From NCBI RefSeq assembly GCF_000025925.1, contig NC_014033.1, positions 1,920,001 through 1,952,000 on the forward strand: a DNA stretch of 32,000 bases. Direction: 5' to 3'. Each line of letters begins with the position of its first letter. The first letter of the stretch is position 1. Below are positions 15,176-22,214 of this stretch, one piece after another. Both the position numbers and the translations under genes were made by a program. Below the pieces are notes generated by a model. The model was not told the DNA's origin, did no database searches, and saw only the letters and a list, made by a program, of their open reading frames with translations. This DNA comes from Xylanibacter ruminicola 23 (lineage in GTDB: Bacteria; Bacteroidota; Bacteroidia; Bacteroidales; Bacteroidaceae).

Positions 15176-15224
15176 ACAAAAATATTTGAAACTTTAAATA
15201 CTTCTTCGTATCTTTGCCGCAGAA

Positions 15225-15425
15225 ATGGAGAATAAGCTATTCTTTTGGTTGAACTCACCCGAATTAGCAAAATTACGTGTATCAGAACGAGTTGCTAATG
15301 GTGGTCATAATATCCCTCAAGATGTAATTAGTAGAAGATATGTCGCAGGTATTATACTTAAAAATGCAGAGTTATGTCAAATAAAGAAATACAGGAATTT
15401 AACGAGAAATTGCGTCGTGGCTTAG
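15225..15425 (+). pseudogene. fragment of a zeta-toxin/AAA-ATPase family gene (middle portion only)
   Basis: LFFWLNSPELAKLRVSERVANGGHNIPQDVISRRYVAGI resembles the conserved C-terminal half of roughly 190-aa Bacteroidetes zeta-toxin-like ATPases. No P-loop N-terminus is present. The family match is from memory. Confidence 0.5.
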
Positions 15426-15559
15426 AGCTGGCTGAGAAAAGGATGCTTCAAGAAAAAGCTCTAAGAAATCAGGATGTAGTGGTTTGCGGAGCCGACCAGG
15501 TTATACGCCGTATACCTGCCAAACAGGTAATAGCCGATAATCCTATTTTTCAGGATTAG
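15374..15559 (+). CDS. small hypothetical protein, possibly an antitoxin-like partner of zeta-type ATPases
   Basis: 61-aa ORF, MSNKEIQEFNEKLRRGLELAEKRMLQEKALRNQDVVVCGADQVIRRIPAKQV. It resembles small proteins found beside such ATPases. This is recollection, not a search result. Confidence 0.4.
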   Translation: MSNKEIQEFNEKLRRGLELAEKRMLQEKALRNQDVVVCGADQVIRRIPAKQVIADNPIFQD

Positions 15560-15718
15560 AAGTAACTAACAGTACAAATGAAACTAAAAACATGATGAGA
15601 TTAATGGTGGTATGCTGATTATAGATTATGGCATGGCTGCTGATGGGCCTGGATATTACTTCAAAAAGATAATACCAACATTTTCTACATTTGAAAATTA
15701 AATAAAACAACAATAACC

Positions 15719-15860
15719 ATACAAAGAAAAACGAGTTTTCCTTTGGTATTTCGCTCGCTTATTCGTATATTTGAACTCCGTTCGAAGATAGGCTGCACCT
15801 CGGAAATACAAAGAAAAACGAGTTTTCCTTTGGTATTTTGCTCACTTATTCGTATCTTTG
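15719..15860 (+). repeat. direct duplication of a 55-nt promoter-like cassette (15719-15773 and 15806-15860)
   Basis: The copies match at 52 of 55 positions. Each contains an imperfect hairpin (ATACAAAGAAAAACGAGTTTTCCTTTGGTAT) and ends in a TAnnTTTG box (TATATTTG or TATCTTTG). Confidence 0.9.
15853..15860 (+). promoter_or_regulatory. -7 box (TATCTTTG) for the GT2 operon
   Basis: It lies 22 nt upstream of the ATG at 15883. A TTTG sits 20 nt upstream of the box, in the -33 position. Confidence 0.5.
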
Positions 15861-15882
15861 CCACCGATTTAAATGAGAATAT

Positions 15883-16632
15883 ATGAAGCAAAGCGATAGT
15901 ATAGTTATCATACCAACCTATAATGAGAAGGAGAATATCGAGAAGATTATACGCGCGATATTCGGGTTGGAGAAGAGTTTCCATATACTGGTGATCGACG
16001 ATGGATCGCCTGATGGTACGGCTGCCATTGTGCGTAGCCTGATGTCCAATGAGTTTGGCGGACAGCTGCACCTGGTGGAGCGTAGCGGCAAACTGGGACT
16101 GGGAACAGCTTACATTGCCGGATTTAAGTGGGCACTGGAGCGCGACTACGAATACATATTTGAGATGGACGCCGACTTTAGTCACGACCCGAACGACTTG
16201 CCACGACTGTATGCGGCCTGCAAAGACGAGGGCTACGATGTGGCTATCGGTAGCCGTTACGTGAGCGGTGTGAACGTGGTTAACTGGCCTATCGGACGTG
16301 TGCTGATGAGTTACTTTGCATCGAAATACGTGCGCTTGGTAACGGGCTTTAACGTACACGACACCACTGCAGGATTTAAGTGCTACAAGCGCCGTGTGCT
16401 GCAGACCATCGAACTGGATAAGATCCGATTCAAGGGCTATGCCTTCCAGATAGAAATGAAGTACACTGCCTACAAGATTGGCTTTAAGATCAAGGAGGTG
16501 AGCGTGATATTCGTGAACCGACAGGAGGGCGTGAGCAAGATGAGCGGTGGCATATTCGGCGAGGCATTCTTTGGCGTGATGAAACTGCGCTGGGACGGAT
16601 GGACGAGACGATATCCGAAAATTGAAAATTGA
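15883..16632 (+). CDS. GT2 glycosyltransferase, polyprenol/dolichol-phosphate mannose synthase-like
   Basis: 249 aa with VIIPTYNEKENI, VIDDGSPDGT and EMDADFSHDP motifs, typical of the DPM1/Ppm1 family. Confidence 0.9.
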   Translation: MKQSDSIVIIPTYNEKENIEKIIRAIFGLEKSFHILVIDDGSPDGTAAIVRSLMSNEFGGQLHLVERSGKLGLGTAYIAGFKWALERDYEYIFEMDADFSHDPNDLPRLYAACKDEGYDVAIGSRYVSGVNVVNWPIGRVLMSYFASKYVRLVTGFNVHDTTAGFKCYKRRVLQTIELDKIRFKGYAFQIEMKYTAYKIGFKIKEVSVIFVNRQEGVSKMSGGIFGEAFFGVMKLRWDGWTRRYPKIEN

Positions 16633-16650
16633 CCATTGAACATTGAACAT
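16617..16650 (+). repeat. heptamer array bridging the GT2 stop and the acyltransferase start
   Basis: GAAAAT TGAAAAT TGACCAT TGAACAT TGAACAT, followed by TATG. The TGA of the TGACCAT unit (16630-16632) is the GT2 stop codon. Confidence 0.9.
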
Positions 16651-16651
16651 T

Positions 16652-17413
16652 ATGCTTAAGATACTATATAGAATCTACCAGTTTATTGTTTGTTTGCCGG
16701 GAATAGTGCTGATGACGATGATTACAGCACTCGAGGTGGGCATTGGTACCACCATAGGCAATGGCCACTTCTGGGGCTACATGCCTGGCCATATATGGGG
16801 AAAGATTATCCTCAAGATGTTTCTGATACCGGTAAAGGTGGAGGGGCGCGAACATCTGGAAAAGAACCAGAGCTACGTGTTTGTGGCCAACCATCAGGGT
16901 TCGTTCGACATATTCCTGATTTACGGACATCTGAACCGCAACTTTAAGTGGATGATGAAACAGGCGCTGCGCAAGGTGCCATTCTTAGGCTATGCGTGCG
17001 AAAAGAGTCACCAGATATTTGTGGACAAGCGCGGACCCAGCAAGATACGTAAGACCTACAACGATGCACGTGAGATACTGAAGGAGGGCTACAGCGTAAC
17101 GGTATTCCCAGAGGGTGCACGCTCGTTTACCGGGCATATGGGCGTATTCAGAAAGGGCGCCTTTGCACTGGCCGACGAACTGCAGTTGCCGGTAGTACCA
17201 CTCACCATCAACGGATCGTTCGACATCCTGCCACGCATGAAGGGCTTTAACTTTGTGAACTGGCATCCGATGACGCTGACCATACACGAGCCTATCTACC
17301 CCGTAGGACAGGGTCCTGAGAACGTAGAGGCAACGCTGCGACAGGCGTACGACTCGGTAATGTCGGCACTCGCCCCTAAATACCAGGGCTTTGTAGAGAA
17401 TCCCGATCAATGA
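16652..17413 (+). CDS. 1-acyl-sn-glycerol-3-phosphate acyltransferase family (PlsC-like) protein
   Basis: The ORF is 16643..17413. The preferred start is the ATG at 16652 (MLKILYRIYQ). It has an N-terminal TM helix, the NHQGSFD (HX4D) motif and the FPEGARS motif. Confidence 0.85.
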   Translation: MLKILYRIYQFIVCLPGIVLMTMITALEVGIGTTIGNGHFWGYMPGHIWGKIILKMFLIPVKVEGREHLEKNQSYVFVANHQGSFDIFLIYGHLNRNFKWMMKQALRKVPFLGYACEKSHQIFVDKRGPSKIRKTYNDAREILKEGYSVTVFPEGARSFTGHMGVFRKGAFALADELQLPVVPLTINGSFDILPRMKGFNFVNWHPMTLTIHEPIYPVGQGPENVEATLRQAYDSVMSALAPKYQGFVENPDQ

Positions 17414-18345
17414 TTATCATCCGATTTATCATCATCACGGTGCTATTTGTGATAGCACTTACTGCCGTCAGCATCTGGGCCTATAAGCGCCGACAGAAGC
17501 TGGTGATGGCAGGTGCTGCCGTGGTGTGGTATATTGCGCTGTACGGCACCTTTATCGGCTTCCAGAAGCTGGAAGTGAACCATCAGACATATACATCGGC
17601 CGAGCTGCCGAAGGCTTTCGACGGCTACAAGATAGTGCTCTTTTCGGATGCGCACGTGGGCAGCTACACGGGGCGCAACGAGTGGCTGCTGCAAAGGGCG
17701 GTTGACTCGATAAATGCACAGAAGCCCGACATGATTGTGTTTACTGGCGACCTGCAGAACGTGGATCCGCAGGAGATAGCCGAACACCTGAGCACACTGA
17801 GCCAGCTGAAGGCTAAGGACGGCGTGTACAGCGTGCTGGGCAATCACGACTACGATAAGTACTTGCTACAAAAGGATGGGCTTGACACGCAGCCTTGCCG
17901 CGAAACCATCGCTCTGGAGAAGCGCATGGGCTGGCACCTGCTGCAGAACGAGAACTGCACCATTAAGCGCGGCAACGACAGCTTGACGATAGCGGGCTTG
18001 GATAATGATGGCGACGGCAAGCGATTTCCACAGCGAGGCGACGTAAAAAAGGCGTTGCAAGGGGCTACACCATTTGTAATCATGCTGGAGCACGACCCGA
18101 GTGGATGGCGACGCAAGATACTGCCCGATGGGCGCGCACAACTGACCCTGAGCGGACATACGCACAACATGCAGTTTGCACTGTTTGGTTGGGCGCCGAT
18201 GAAGTTGACGGGCAAAGAGATTAACGGCTGGTACGAGGAAGGTAGTCAATCGCTGTTTGTAACGGCAGGCTTAGGGGGATTGATTCCGTTCCGCTTTGGT
18301 GCCACAGGGGAGATCGTGGTGATTACATTAAACATTAAACATTAA
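17410..18345 (+). CDS. membrane-anchored metallophosphoesterase (calcineurin-like)
   Basis: 311 aa with DAHVG, GDLQN, GNHD and SGHTH motifs and two N-terminal TM helices. An ATGA overlap links it to the upstream gene. Confidence 0.85.
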   Translation: MIIIRFIIITVLFVIALTAVSIWAYKRRQKLVMAGAAVVWYIALYGTFIGFQKLEVNHQTYTSAELPKAFDGYKIVLFSDAHVGSYTGRNEWLLQRAVDSINAQKPDMIVFTGDLQNVDPQEIAEHLSTLSQLKAKDGVYSVLGNHDYDKYLLQKDGLDTQPCRETIALEKRMGWHLLQNENCTIKRGNDSLTIAGLDNDGDGKRFPQRGDVKKALQGATPFVIMLEHDPSGWRRKILPDGRAQLTLSGHTHNMQFALFGWAPMKLTGKEINGWYEEGSQSLFVTAGLGGLIPFRFGATGEIVVITLNIKH

Positions 18346-18367
18346 ACATTAAACATTAAACATTTAA
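18325..18367. repeat. heptamer array ACATTAA x5 plus a degenerate unit at a convergent gene junction
   Basis: The units run from 18325 to 18359, followed by ACATTTAAC. The array contains both stop codons: TAA at 18343-18345 on the plus strand and TAA at 18356-18358 on the minus strand. Confidence 0.9.
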
Positions 18368-19171
18368 CCACTTTCTTAGGACTTCGGCGGGAACGGCACG
18401 GCGGCGGGCGTAATCCTGTAACTGATCTTCGCCGATTTTACCAATGGCAAAATAACGGGCTTTTGGGTTGGATATCATCATGCCACTCACACTGGCATGG
18501 GGCTTCATGGCACCGCTCTCGGTAAGGCGGATGCCAATCTGTTTCATATCCAATATCTCATCTAACAGGAAATTCAAACTGGTATCGGGCAACGAAGGAT
18601 AGCCCACAGCGGGACGGATACCCTGGAACTTCTCGACGAGCATATCCTCTATGCTCAGGTTCTCATCCTTGGCATAGCCCCAATACTCCTTACGTACCTG
18701 TTCGTGCAGGCGCTCGGCAGCGGCTTCGGCCAAACGGTCGGCTAGCAGCTGGGTGAGCATCTTCTGATACACATCGCCATCAAAATCGGTCTCTAAGCCA
18801 ATATCAACAGTAGTGGCGAACAAGCCTAGTTTGGATGCCTTGGGCGAAATAAAATCGGCTAAGCACATAAACGGGGGATTGCCTTGCTGCTGGCGCAGAC
18901 AGGGGATGGTGGCTACACGCACGGGGTGCTTAACGCCACAATCGGGGCACAGCTGGGTGCGGTAAATCTCGATATCATCATCCTGACTACGGGCATCGAA
19001 CAGCTCGAAGACGGCATGCATCTGATACTGGGCATCCAGCTCCTGCAACTTGGCAAGGGCTTCGGCGTGCATACGCTGCTTCTCGGCCTCTTCCTTTACC
19101 TGCCAGGCAAAGTAGTAGTACACCCAGTTGATATAGGGCACCAGCTCGGATATGCGGTAGGTAATCTTCAT
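18356..19171 (-). CDS. stand-alone B12-dependent methionine synthase activation (AdoMet-binding) domain protein
   Basis: GIRPAVGYPSLPD...RLTESGAMKPHASVSGMMISNPKARYFAIGKIGEDQLQDYARRR matches the conserved C-terminal reactivation domain of MetH. Confidence 0.8.
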   Translation of the reverse strand: MKITYRISELVPYINWVYYYFAWQVKEEAEKQRMHAEALAKLQELDAQYQMHAVFELFDARSQDDDIEIYRTQLCPDCGVKHPVRVATIPCLRQQQGNPPFMCLADFISPKASKLGLFATTVDIGLETDFDGDVYQKMLTQLLADRLAEAAAERLHEQVRKEYWGYAKDENLSIEDMLVEKFQGIRPAVGYPSLPDTSLNFLLDEILDMKQIGIRLTESGAMKPHASVSGMMISNPKARYFAIGKIGEDQLQDYARRRAVPAEVLRKWLNV

Positions 19172-20499
19172 CTAAACTGAACGGGTTGACCGATATAGTT
19201 GGTATCTACAACGCCATCCTTGTAAACGGTATGACCATTGCAAAGCGTCTGCTCAACACGCCACAGGTAGGTGTGGTTCTCCATCGGACTCCAACCGCAC
19301 TTGCTCTGGATGATGTCCTTGGTTACAGTCCATGCGGCATTAGGACGCACAATCACGATGTCGGCCTGATAACCTTCGCGCAGATAGCCACGGTTACGCA
19401 CACCGAACAAATCGGCTGGGCGATGGCACATCAGCTCAACCAAACGCTCGATGGTGAGCACACCTTTATCAACCAACTCAAGCATGGTTACCAACGAGAA
19501 CTGCAGCATGGGCATGCCACTGGCAGCCTTACAGCAACCACCCTCTTTCTGTTCTAACAGGTGGGGAGCATGGTCGGTACCAATCACTGCGATACGTCCA
19601 TCGGCCACAGCCTGACGCAGCGCATCGCGATCGGCTGCCGACTTGATGGCTGGGTTGCACTTGATACGGGTGCCTAAAGCGTTGTAATCGCGATCGCAGA
19701 AGTAGAGGTGACTTGGTGTCACCTCACAGGTGATGGGTGATGGGTGTGGGGTGTGGGGGATTAGCTCTAACTCCTTGGCCGTAGTGAGGTGGGCAATATG
19801 CAGATGGGCATGGTGCTTCAGGGCCAGCTCTACAGCCAGTTTGGTGCTCTGATAGCAGGCCTCAACGCTACGAATCTCGGGGTGATGGGTTACCTTAGGG
19901 TCGTCGCCATACAGGCGCTTAGCCTCGGCCATATTGCGGTTAATAATGTCGGTATCTTCGCAATGTACCATGATAGGCATCTGGGCGGTAGAGAAAATCT
20001 TCTCTAAAGCCTCACGACGATCTACGAGCATGTTACCCGTTGAACTACCCATGAAGAGCTTGATGCCAGGAATACGATGCACATCGAGTTGCGAAAACAG
20101 ATCGACATTATCGTTGGTGGCACCGAAAAAGAAACTATAGTTGACGTGACTTTTCTGAGCGGCCAGCTTAAACTTTTCGTCGAGGGCCTCGAGGGTGGTA
20201 GTCTGCGGTACGCAGTTGGGCATATCAAAGTAGGTGGTAACGCCACCTGCTGCTGCTGCCCTACTCTCGCTATCGATATCGGCCTTGGCAGTTAAGCCTG
20301 GCTCACGAAAGTGCACATGATCATCAATCAGACCGGGAAGTACGAAACATCCCGAAGCATCAATCACTTCGTCGAATGATGCGTTCGGGATGGTGTTTCC
20401 TTCTACAATCTTAGTTATCTTAGAATCTTCGACGATGACAGAACCGTCGAATTTGTTGGCGTCGTTAACGAGCGTTCCGTGTAGAATCAGGCGTTTCAT
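19168..20499 (-). CDS. pyrC: dihydroorotase (amidohydrolase superfamily)
   Basis: The ORF is 19168..20544. The preferred start is the ATG at 20499 (MKRLILHGTLVND). It has the DDHVHFREPG metal-binding motif and the GTDHAPH motif. Confidence 0.9.
   Translation of the reverse strand: MKRLILHGTLVNDANKFDGSVIVEDSKITKIVEGNTIPNASFDEVIDASGCFVLPGLIDDHVHFREPGLTAKADIDSESRAAAAGGVTTYFDMPNCVPQTTTLEALDEKFKLAAQKSHVNYSFFFGATNDNVDLFSQLDVHRIPGIKLFMGSSTGNMLVDRREALEKIFSTAQMPIMVHCEDTDIINRNMAEAKRLYGDDPKVTHHPEIRSVEACYQSTKLAVELALKHHAHLHIAHLTTAKELELIPHTPHPSPITCEVTPSHLYFCDRDYNALGTRIKCNPAIKSAADRDALRQAVADGRIAVIGTDHAPHLLEQKEGGCCKAASGMPMLQFSLVTMLELVDKGVLTIERLVELMCHRPADLFGVRNRGYLREGYQADIVIVRPNAAWTVTKDIIQSKCGWSPMENHTYLWRVEQTLCNGHTVYKDGVVDTNYIGQPVQFR
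19729..19756. repeat. heptamer array GGTGATG x2 plus GGTGTGG x2 inside pyrC
   Basis: Read directly from the sequence. On the coding strand it encodes PHTPHPSPI. Confidence 0.85.
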
Positions 20500-21238
20500 T
20501 GTTTTCTTGAGCTGGTGCTGGAGTGGGTTGTACATCTTCAACAAGTCCGTTCTGACGAGCCTGAATCTCGTTAGCTACCTGGTAGTACTGCTTCACGTAA
20601 GGATCGGCCTTGAACTTCTTGGTAGCCTTGCTCATAATATCCTCGATCTGGGGAGTAAGGATAGGATACTGGTAGCTGCCAGTAATCATCATAAACACAC
20701 CAGGACCCAGTACATTATCAAAGTTATCGACAATGAAGTTGGTAACGAGCGAATCCTCCTGCATGGCGATGCGATTGGCCTCGGCAGAGAGCTGACGGTT
20801 GATGACGTTCTCGTCGATACCCTCGAGCAGCATCTGACTCTGCTTGTGCGAGAGTTCGTTGAGCTCGTTGCCCAGCTGATCGTGACGCTTCATAAACTCG
20901 TAGAGTTTCTCGTTGAGAGGTGAACCGCTAACGGTACGATTGGTATTGTCGATATGTATCTCGATATCGCCCTGCTCAATCACAACAGGCATCATGAGTG
21001 GCTCATCGTCCATATACAGACTGGCCATCTTGATGGTGTCGAGCAAACCGGCGAATTTAAATTTTCCATGTACAACATCGCACGAGTCGAGATTCTTCAA
21101 CTCGTCGTTGACCATTGTTTTGAGGTAAAGCTTACTTCCATCGAGTGCCGACACAGAGGTTGAGCCCTGAATGTTGTATGATTCAGCACACGATGCGAAA
21201 GTTACTGCTGTTAGTAATGCGTAGAATATCTTGTTCAT
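20465..21238 (-). CDS. lipoprotein, DUF4369-like N-terminal domain, function unknown
   Basis: It has a signal peptide with a lipobox (LLTAVTFASC). The YNIQGS...DGSKLYL pattern is typical of DUF4369. This assignment is from memory. Confidence 0.6.
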   Translation of the reverse strand: MNKIFYALLTAVTFASCAESYNIQGSTSVSALDGSKLYLKTMVNDELKNLDSCDVVHGKFKFAGLLDTIKMASLYMDDEPLMMPVVIEQGDIEIHIDNTNRTVSGSPLNEKLYEFMKRHDQLGNELNELSHKQSQMLLEGIDENVINRQLSAEANRIAMQEDSLVTNFIVDNFDNVLGPGVFMMITGSYQYPILTPQIEDIMSKATKKFKADPYVKQYYQVANEIQARQNGLVEDVQPTPAPAQENNETPDSTRNAR

Positions 21239-21294
21239 AACATATTGTTTTCGGCCGCGAAATTACAACTATATATTGAGGTATGAAAATAATT

Positions 21295-21320
21295 TTGCGC
21301 ATTTTAAAACAAATGCGCAA
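21295..21320 (-). terminator. hairpin downstream of the small membrane-protein gene
   Basis: TTGCGCATTT-6 nt-AAATGCGCAA forms a 10-bp stem, followed on the minus strand by AATTATTTTC. Confidence 0.5.
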
Positions 21321-21328
21321 TCTTTTAA

Positions 21329-21727
21329 TTATTTTTTTGCCTCTTTTTCGAGTTCACTACCAATTCGGTGCATAGAATAAAGCTGCAACAGAGCGGCAAT
21401 CAGGAGCACTATTACCCATTTGTTATACACATATTCTATATAGGTAATATAGCTCAAGCCTAAAAAGTTGCCTTTGCTGGCAAACATGAGCAGGGCTGCC
21501 ACCAGGAACAACACATCGCTGAGCAGCATCATGCGGCGCAGGCGACGGATGGTGAAGTTCTGACCCTCGTAACGCTGCTGCATCTGCATAGAGCTGAAGC
21601 CCAGAGCGCCGATGGCAAAAATATAAGGGGCACTGCCCCACCCTAATAATGTAGTACCGGCTCCAACAGCCATTAATATACCGCCAAACAGAAAGATGGC
21701 GGTTTGCAGTTTATTCAACTCTTTCAT
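21329..21727 (-). CDS. small integral membrane protein (about 4 TM), hypothetical
   Basis: 132-aa hydrophobic ORF. It overlaps the upstream FtsB-like gene by 17 nt. Confidence 0.6.
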   Translation of the reverse strand: MKELNKLQTAIFLFGGILMAVGAGTTLLGWGSAPYIFAIGALGFSSMQMQQRYEGQNFTIRRLRRMMLLSDVLFLVAALLMFASKGNFLGLSYITYIEYVYNKWVIVLLIAALLQLYSMHRIGSELEKEAKK

Positions 21728-22070
21728 TAGTCTCTAACGGTTTTACATCGCGATCATCATCGCTCAATACAAATATATCTTCATCGTCGGCCTTCATGAA
21801 GTAGCGTTCGCGCGCTATCTTCTCGATAGCCTTGGGATTACGGTCTAACTCCTTGATCTGAGCCTGATCGCGGTTGAAATCAGCTTCGAACTGATCCTTC
21901 TCCTCTGTGAGCTCGGCAATACGCTGACGGTTCTTGAAATGACTCCAAAGACTGTTGTCGTCGAGGAAACCTACCAGCAGCACACCTACAATACAAACCA
22001 CGGCATACTTGAAGTAAACCGAGCGCCACACCTGCAGTGCATAAGCCTTAATACTCAACAAAACTTTCAT
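21711..22070 (-). CDS. septum formation initiator family protein (FtsB/DivIC-like)
   Basis: 119 aa with a single TM helix, a coiled coil and the C-terminal IEKIARERYFMKADDEDIFVL motif. Confidence 0.75.
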   Translation of the reverse strand: MKVLLSIKAYALQVWRSVYFKYAVVCIVGVLLVGFLDDNSLWSHFKNRQRIAELTEEKDQFEADFNRDQAQIKELDRNPKAIEKIARERYFMKADDEDIFVLSDDDRDVKPLETNERVE

Positions 22071-22089
22071 AAGCTCATCAATTTGCCTG

Positions 22090-22097
22090 CAAAGTTA
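22090..22097 (-). promoter_or_regulatory. -7 box (TAACTTTG) for the FtsB-like gene
   Basis: The reverse complement of caaagtta lies 19 nt upstream of the ATG at 22070. Confidence 0.45.
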
Positions 22098-22107
22098 CAT
22101 TTTTTTA

Positions 22108-22172
22108 GGCACGAATTACGCGAATTACACGATTTTTTTTATTATTTCGTGTTAATTCGTGCAATTCGTGCC
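22108..22172. repeat. 65-nt palindromic CRCGAATT element (copy B)
   Basis: GGCACGAATTACGCGAATTACACGA, a T/A-rich loop, then TTCGTGTTAATTCGTGCAATTCGTGCC. The left arm differs from copy A by one mismatch and one indel. Confidence 0.85.
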
Positions 22173-22182
22173 TAATTTTCAC

Positions 22183-22190
22183 TATCTTTG
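22183..22190 (+). promoter_or_regulatory. -7 box (TATCTTTG) for dnaX
   Basis: It lies 24 nt upstream of the ATG at 22215. Confidence 0.45.
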
Positions 22191-22214
22191 CACCAAGAAA
22201 TTAAATTGAGCAAT

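Noticed and set aside
15612-15701. A 29-aa ORF (MLIIDYGMAADGPGYYFKKIIPTFSTFEN) in the non-coding gap after the small partner-like ORF.
   Set aside because: It has no SD, no -7 box and no recognisable similarity. It is more likely debris of the decayed accessory islet than a gene.
14404-15718. The HU-like / toxin-fragment islet as an active mobile element or integrated phage remnant.
   Set aside because: The window has no integrase, transposase, tRNA attachment site or flanking direct repeats. The two flanking repeat families differ from each other. I describe it only as a small accessory islet.
15685-16650. A 321-aa minus-strand ORF beginning MFNVQWSIFNF.
   Set aside because: It is antisense to the well-supported GT2 glycosyltransferase. 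Its N-terminus is simply the heptamer array read backwards, and its 3' part runs through the duplicated promoter cassette.
19705-19725. A perfect 8-bp inverted repeat, GAGGTGAC-ttggt-GTCACCTC, next to the pyrC heptamer array.
   Set aside because: On the coding strand it encodes the conserved EVTPSHL active-site-proximal motif. It is probably a chance palindrome within constrained coding sequence.
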